NCBI GenBank assembly: GCA_964016885.1 | Contig: OZ024744.1 | Location: 17,484,001 to 17,548,000, forward strand | From: Eledone cirrhosa | Lineage: Eukaryota | DNA length: 64,000 nucleotides | Reading direction: 5' to 3' | Shown: in pieces, positions 60,075 to 64,000 of the stretch | How the letters are laid out: each line of letters opens with the position of its first letter | How positions within the stretch are numbered: the first letter of the stretch is position 1 | Translations under genes and position numbers: made by a program | The notes under the pieces: model-generated | Seen by the model: the letters and a program-made list of their open reading frames with translations, nothing else | What the model was told of the DNA's origin: nothing | Database searches by the model: none

Positions 60075-63000
60075 TCAGACATTGACGACAGGTTGGTACA
60101 AATTGCTGACATTTACACCATCAGATACTGACGACAGGTTGATACTCATTGCTGACCTGTACACAATCAAGTATTGACGGCAGGTTCATACTCATTGCTG
60201 ACCTGTACACCATCAGACATTGACGGCAGGTTGATACTCATTGCTGACCTGTACACCATCAGACATTGACGACAGGTTAATACTCATTGCTGACCTGTAC
60301 ACCATCATACATTGACGACAGTTTGATACTCATTGCTGACCTGTACACCATCAGACATTGACGGCAGGTTGATACTCTTTGCTGACCTGTACACCATGAG
60401 ATACTGACGATCGTTTGATAATCATTGCTGGCCTGTACACCATCAGGTATTGACGACAGGTTGATACTCATTGCTGACCTGTACACCATCAGGTATTGAC
60501 GGCAGGTTGATACACATTGTTGACCTGTACACCATCAGGTATTGACGACAGGTTGATACTCATTGCTGACCTGTACACCATAAGACATTGACGACAGGTT
60601 GATACTCATTGCTGACCTGTACACCATCAGACATTGACGGCAGGTTGATACTCATTGCTGACATGTACACCATCATATATTGACGGCAGGTTGATATTCA
60701 TTGCTGACTTGTACACCATCAGACATTGACGACAGGTTGATACTCATTGCTAACCTGTACACCATCAGACATTGACGACAGGTTGATACTCATTGCTGAC
60801 CTGTACACTATCAGACATTGACGGCAGGTTGATACTCATTGCTGACCTGTACACCATCAGACATTGACGGCAGGTTGATACTCATTGCTAACCTGTACAC
60901 CATCAGACATTGACGACAGGTTGATACTCATTGCTGACCTGTACACTATCAGACATTGACGGCAGGTTGATACTCATTGCTGACCTGTACACCATCAAAC
61001 TCTGACGGCAGGTTGATACTCATAGTTGACCTGTACACCATCAAGTATTGACGACAGGTTGATACTCATTAGTGACCTGTACACCATCAGGTATTGACGG
61101 CAGGTTGATACTCATTGCTGACCTGCACAACATCAGACATTGACGACAGGTTGATACTCATTGCTGACCTGTACACCATCAGATACTGACGACAGGTTGA
61201 TACTCATTTCTGACCTGTACACCATCAGACATTGACGGCAGGTTGATACACATTGTTGACCTGTACACCATCAGACATTGACGGCAGGTTGATATCATTG
61301 CTGACCTGTACACCATCAGACATTGACGACAGGTTAATACTCATTGCTGACCTGTACACCATCAGATATTGACGACAGGTTGATACACATTGCTGAACTG
61401 TACACCATCAGACATTGACGGCAGGTTGATACTCATTGCTGACCTGTACACTATCAGATACTGACGACAGGTTGATACACATTGCTGAACTGTACACCAT
61501 CAGACATTGACGGCAGGTTGATACTCATTGCTGACCTGTACACCATCAGGTATTGACGACAGGTTGGTACTCATTGTTGACCTGTACACCATAAGATACT
61601 GACGACAAGTTGATACTCATTGCTGACCTGTACACCATCAGATATTGACGACAGGTTGGTACTCATTGATGACCTGTAAACCATCAGATACTGACGACAG
61701 GTTGATACTCATTGCTGACCTGTACACCATCAGGTATTGACGACAGGTTGATACACATTGCTGACCTGTACACCATCAGACATTGACCACAGGTTGGTAT
61801 TCATTGCTGACCTGTACAGCATCAGATACTGACGACAGGTTGATACTCATTGCTGATCTGTACACCATCAAACTCTGACGGCAGGTTGATACTCATTGCT
61901 GACCTGTAAACCATCAGACATTGACGGCAGGTTGGTATTCATTGCTGACCTATACACCATCAGACACTGACGGCAGGTTGATACTCATTGCTGACCTGTA
62001 CACCATCAGATACTGACGACAGGTTGATACTCATTGCTGACTTGTACACCATCAGGTATTGACAGCAGGTTGATACTCATTGCTGACCTGTACACCATCA
62101 GACATTGATCGCAGGTTGATACTCATTGCTGACCTGTACACCATCAGACATTGATGACAGGTTGATACTCATTGCTGACCTGTACACAATCAGACATTGA
62201 CGGCAAGTTGATACTCATTGCTGACCTGTTCACCATCAGGTATTGACGGCAGGTTGATAATCATTGCTGACTTGTACACCATCAGATACTGACGACAGGT
62301 TGATACTCATTGCAGCCCTGTACACCATCAAGTATTGACGGCAGGTTGATACTCATTGCTGACCTGTAAACCGTCAGACATTGACGGCAGGTTGGTACTC
62401 ATTGCTGACCTATACACCATCAGACACTGACGGCAGGTTGATACTCATTGCTGACCTGTAGACCATCAGATACTGACGACAAGTTGATACTCATTGCTGA
62501 CCTGTACACCATCAGACATTGACGACAGGTTGGTACTCATTGATGACCTGTAAACCATCAGATACTGACGACAGGTTGATACTCATTGCTGACCTGTACA
62601 CCATCAGGTATTGACGACAGGTTGATACACATTGCTGACCTGTACACCATCAGACATTGACCACAGGTTGGTATTCATTGCTGACCTGTACAGCATCAGA
62701 TACTGACGACAGGTTGATACTCATTGCTGATCTGTACACCATCAAACTCTGACGGCAGGTTGATACTCATTGCTGACCTGTAAACCATCAGACATTGACG
62801 ACAGGTTGGTACAAATTGCTGACATTTACACCATCAGATACTGACGACAGGTTGATACTCATTGCTGACCTGTACACAATCAAGTATTGACGGCAGGTTC
62901 ATACTCATTGCTGACCTGTACACCATCAGACATTGACGGCAGGTTGATACTCATTGCTGACCTGTACACCATCAGACATTGACGACAGGTTAATACTCAT

Positions 63001-64000
63001 TGCTGACCTGTACACCATCATACATTGACGACAGTTTGATACTCATTGCTGACCTGTACACCATCAGACATTGACGGCAGGTTGATACTCTTTGCTGACC
63101 TGTACACCATGAGATACTGACGATCGTTTGATAATCATTGCTGGCCTGTACACCATCAGGTATTGACGACAGGTTGATACTCATTGCTGACCTGTACACC
63201 ATCAGGTATTGACGGCAGGTTGATACACATTGTTGACCTGTACACCATCAGGTATTGACGACAGGTTGATACTCATTGCTGACCTGTACACCATAAGACA
63301 TTGACGACAGGTTGATACTCATTGCTGACCTGTACACCATCAGACATTGACGGCAGGTTGATACTCATTGCTGACATGTACACCATCATATATTGACGGC
63401 AGGTTGATATTCATTGCTGACTTGTACACCATCAGACATTGACGACAGGTTGATACTCATTGCTAACCTGTACACCATCAGACATTGACGACAGGTTGAT
63501 ACTCATTGCTGACCTGTACACTATCAGACATTGACGGCAGGTTGATACTCATTGCTGACCTGTACACCATCAGACATTGACGGCAGGTTGATACTCATTG
63601 CTAACCTGTACACCATCAGACATTGACGACAGGTTGATACTCATTGCTGACCTGTACACTATCAGACATTGACGGCAGGTTGATACTCATTGCTGACCTG
63701 TACACCATCAAACTCTGACGGCAGGTTGATACTCATAGTTGACCTGTACACCATCAAGTATTGACGACAGGTTGATACTCATTAGTGACCTGTACACCAT
63801 CAGGTATTGACGGCAGGTTGATACTCATTGCTGACCTGCACAACATCAGACATTGACGACAGGTTGATACTCATTGCTGACCTGTACACCATCAGATACT
63901 GACGACAGGTTGATACTCATTTCTGACCTGTACACCATCAGACATTGACGGCAGGTTGATACACATTGTTGACCTGTACACCATCAGACATTGACGGCAG
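60075..64000. repeat. Recent duplication: ~60075-61287 repeated at ~62788-64000 (offset 2713)
   Basis: GGTTGGTACAAATTGCTGACATTTAC at 60091/62804, ACCTGCACAACATC at 61121/63834, and identical spurious ORFs at 60277 and 62990. Confidence 0.92.

Larger units (their letters stand above)
1..64000. repeat. Tandem satellite array, 46-bp monomer (GTACACCATCAGACATTGACGRCAGGTTGATACTCATTGCTGACCT), ~1,390 head-to-tail copies, extends beyond both window ends
   Basis: GTACACCAT recurs at 1, 47, 93 and so on. Phase is exact over long stretches (28261, 29641, 31021, 32401 are each 1380 = 30x46 apart). All copies have one orientation and typically differ from consensus by 0-4 bases. Confidence 0.99.

Noticed and set aside
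17425-63202. - strand ORFs (MVYRSAMSINL...) as real genes
   Set aside because: They are direct translations of the reverse-complement monomer, lengthened by indel or stop-loss variants, with no recognisable domain.
1-64000. CRISPR array (palindromic repeat at a regular period)
   Set aside because: There are no unique spacers; the entire 46 bp is repeated and variation is only point changes. No cas genes or leader are present.
1-64000. One giant repeat protein under TGA recoding
   Set aside because: TAA/TAG variants interrupt all three + frames within the first 2.6 kb (TAA 232, TAA 684, TAG 2564).
1-64000. Bacterial REP/BIME, integron attC or iteron array
   Set aside because: There are no inverted REP pairs, no GTAG-type tetranucleotide in the consensus, no cassette ORFs and no associated transposase, integrase or rep gene. 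The array is far longer than such elements.
1-64000. Pure sequencing or amplification artefact (concatemer of a 46-mer)
   Set aside because: Multi-site variants recur in conserved order with nested duplications and regional haplotypes, which random error would not produce. Local misassembly of copy number cannot be excluded.
1-64000. Assignment to a named satellite family, telomeric repeat, tRNA/5S array or hammerhead-containing satellite
   Set aside because: I do not recognise the monomer. It has no G-rich telomeric motif, no cloverleaf, and no hammerhead GAAA core in the consensus (CTGATGG appears only on the - strand). A Dfam/Repbase/BLAST search is needed.

Overview
The whole 64-kb window is one uninterrupted head-to-tail tandem array (satellite DNA) of a 46-bp monomer, consensus GTACACCATCAGACATTGACGRCAGGTTGATACTCATTGCTGACCT (~46% GC, about 1,390 copies), open at both window ends. 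I see no genes, RNA genes, transposon insertions, inversions or unique spacers, and all listed ORFs are chance products of repeat variants. The array has three levels of structure. (1) Each monomer is two adjacent imperfect palindromes that fold best as the + strand using G-T/G-U wobbles; the most variable bases sit in the loop of one hairpin, and one monomer has lost exactly that hairpin. (2) Variant monomers recur in fixed orders (11-12-monomer cassettes) inside kb-scale duplicated blocks, giving an irregular higher-order repeat. (3) Two haplotype domains (about 7-27 kb and 28-64 kb) meet at a more diverged junction. The source organism cannot be determined from the sequence; an array of this size is most typical of a eukaryotic long-read assembly. 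Counts and coordinates were read by eye and all functional ideas are hypotheses.
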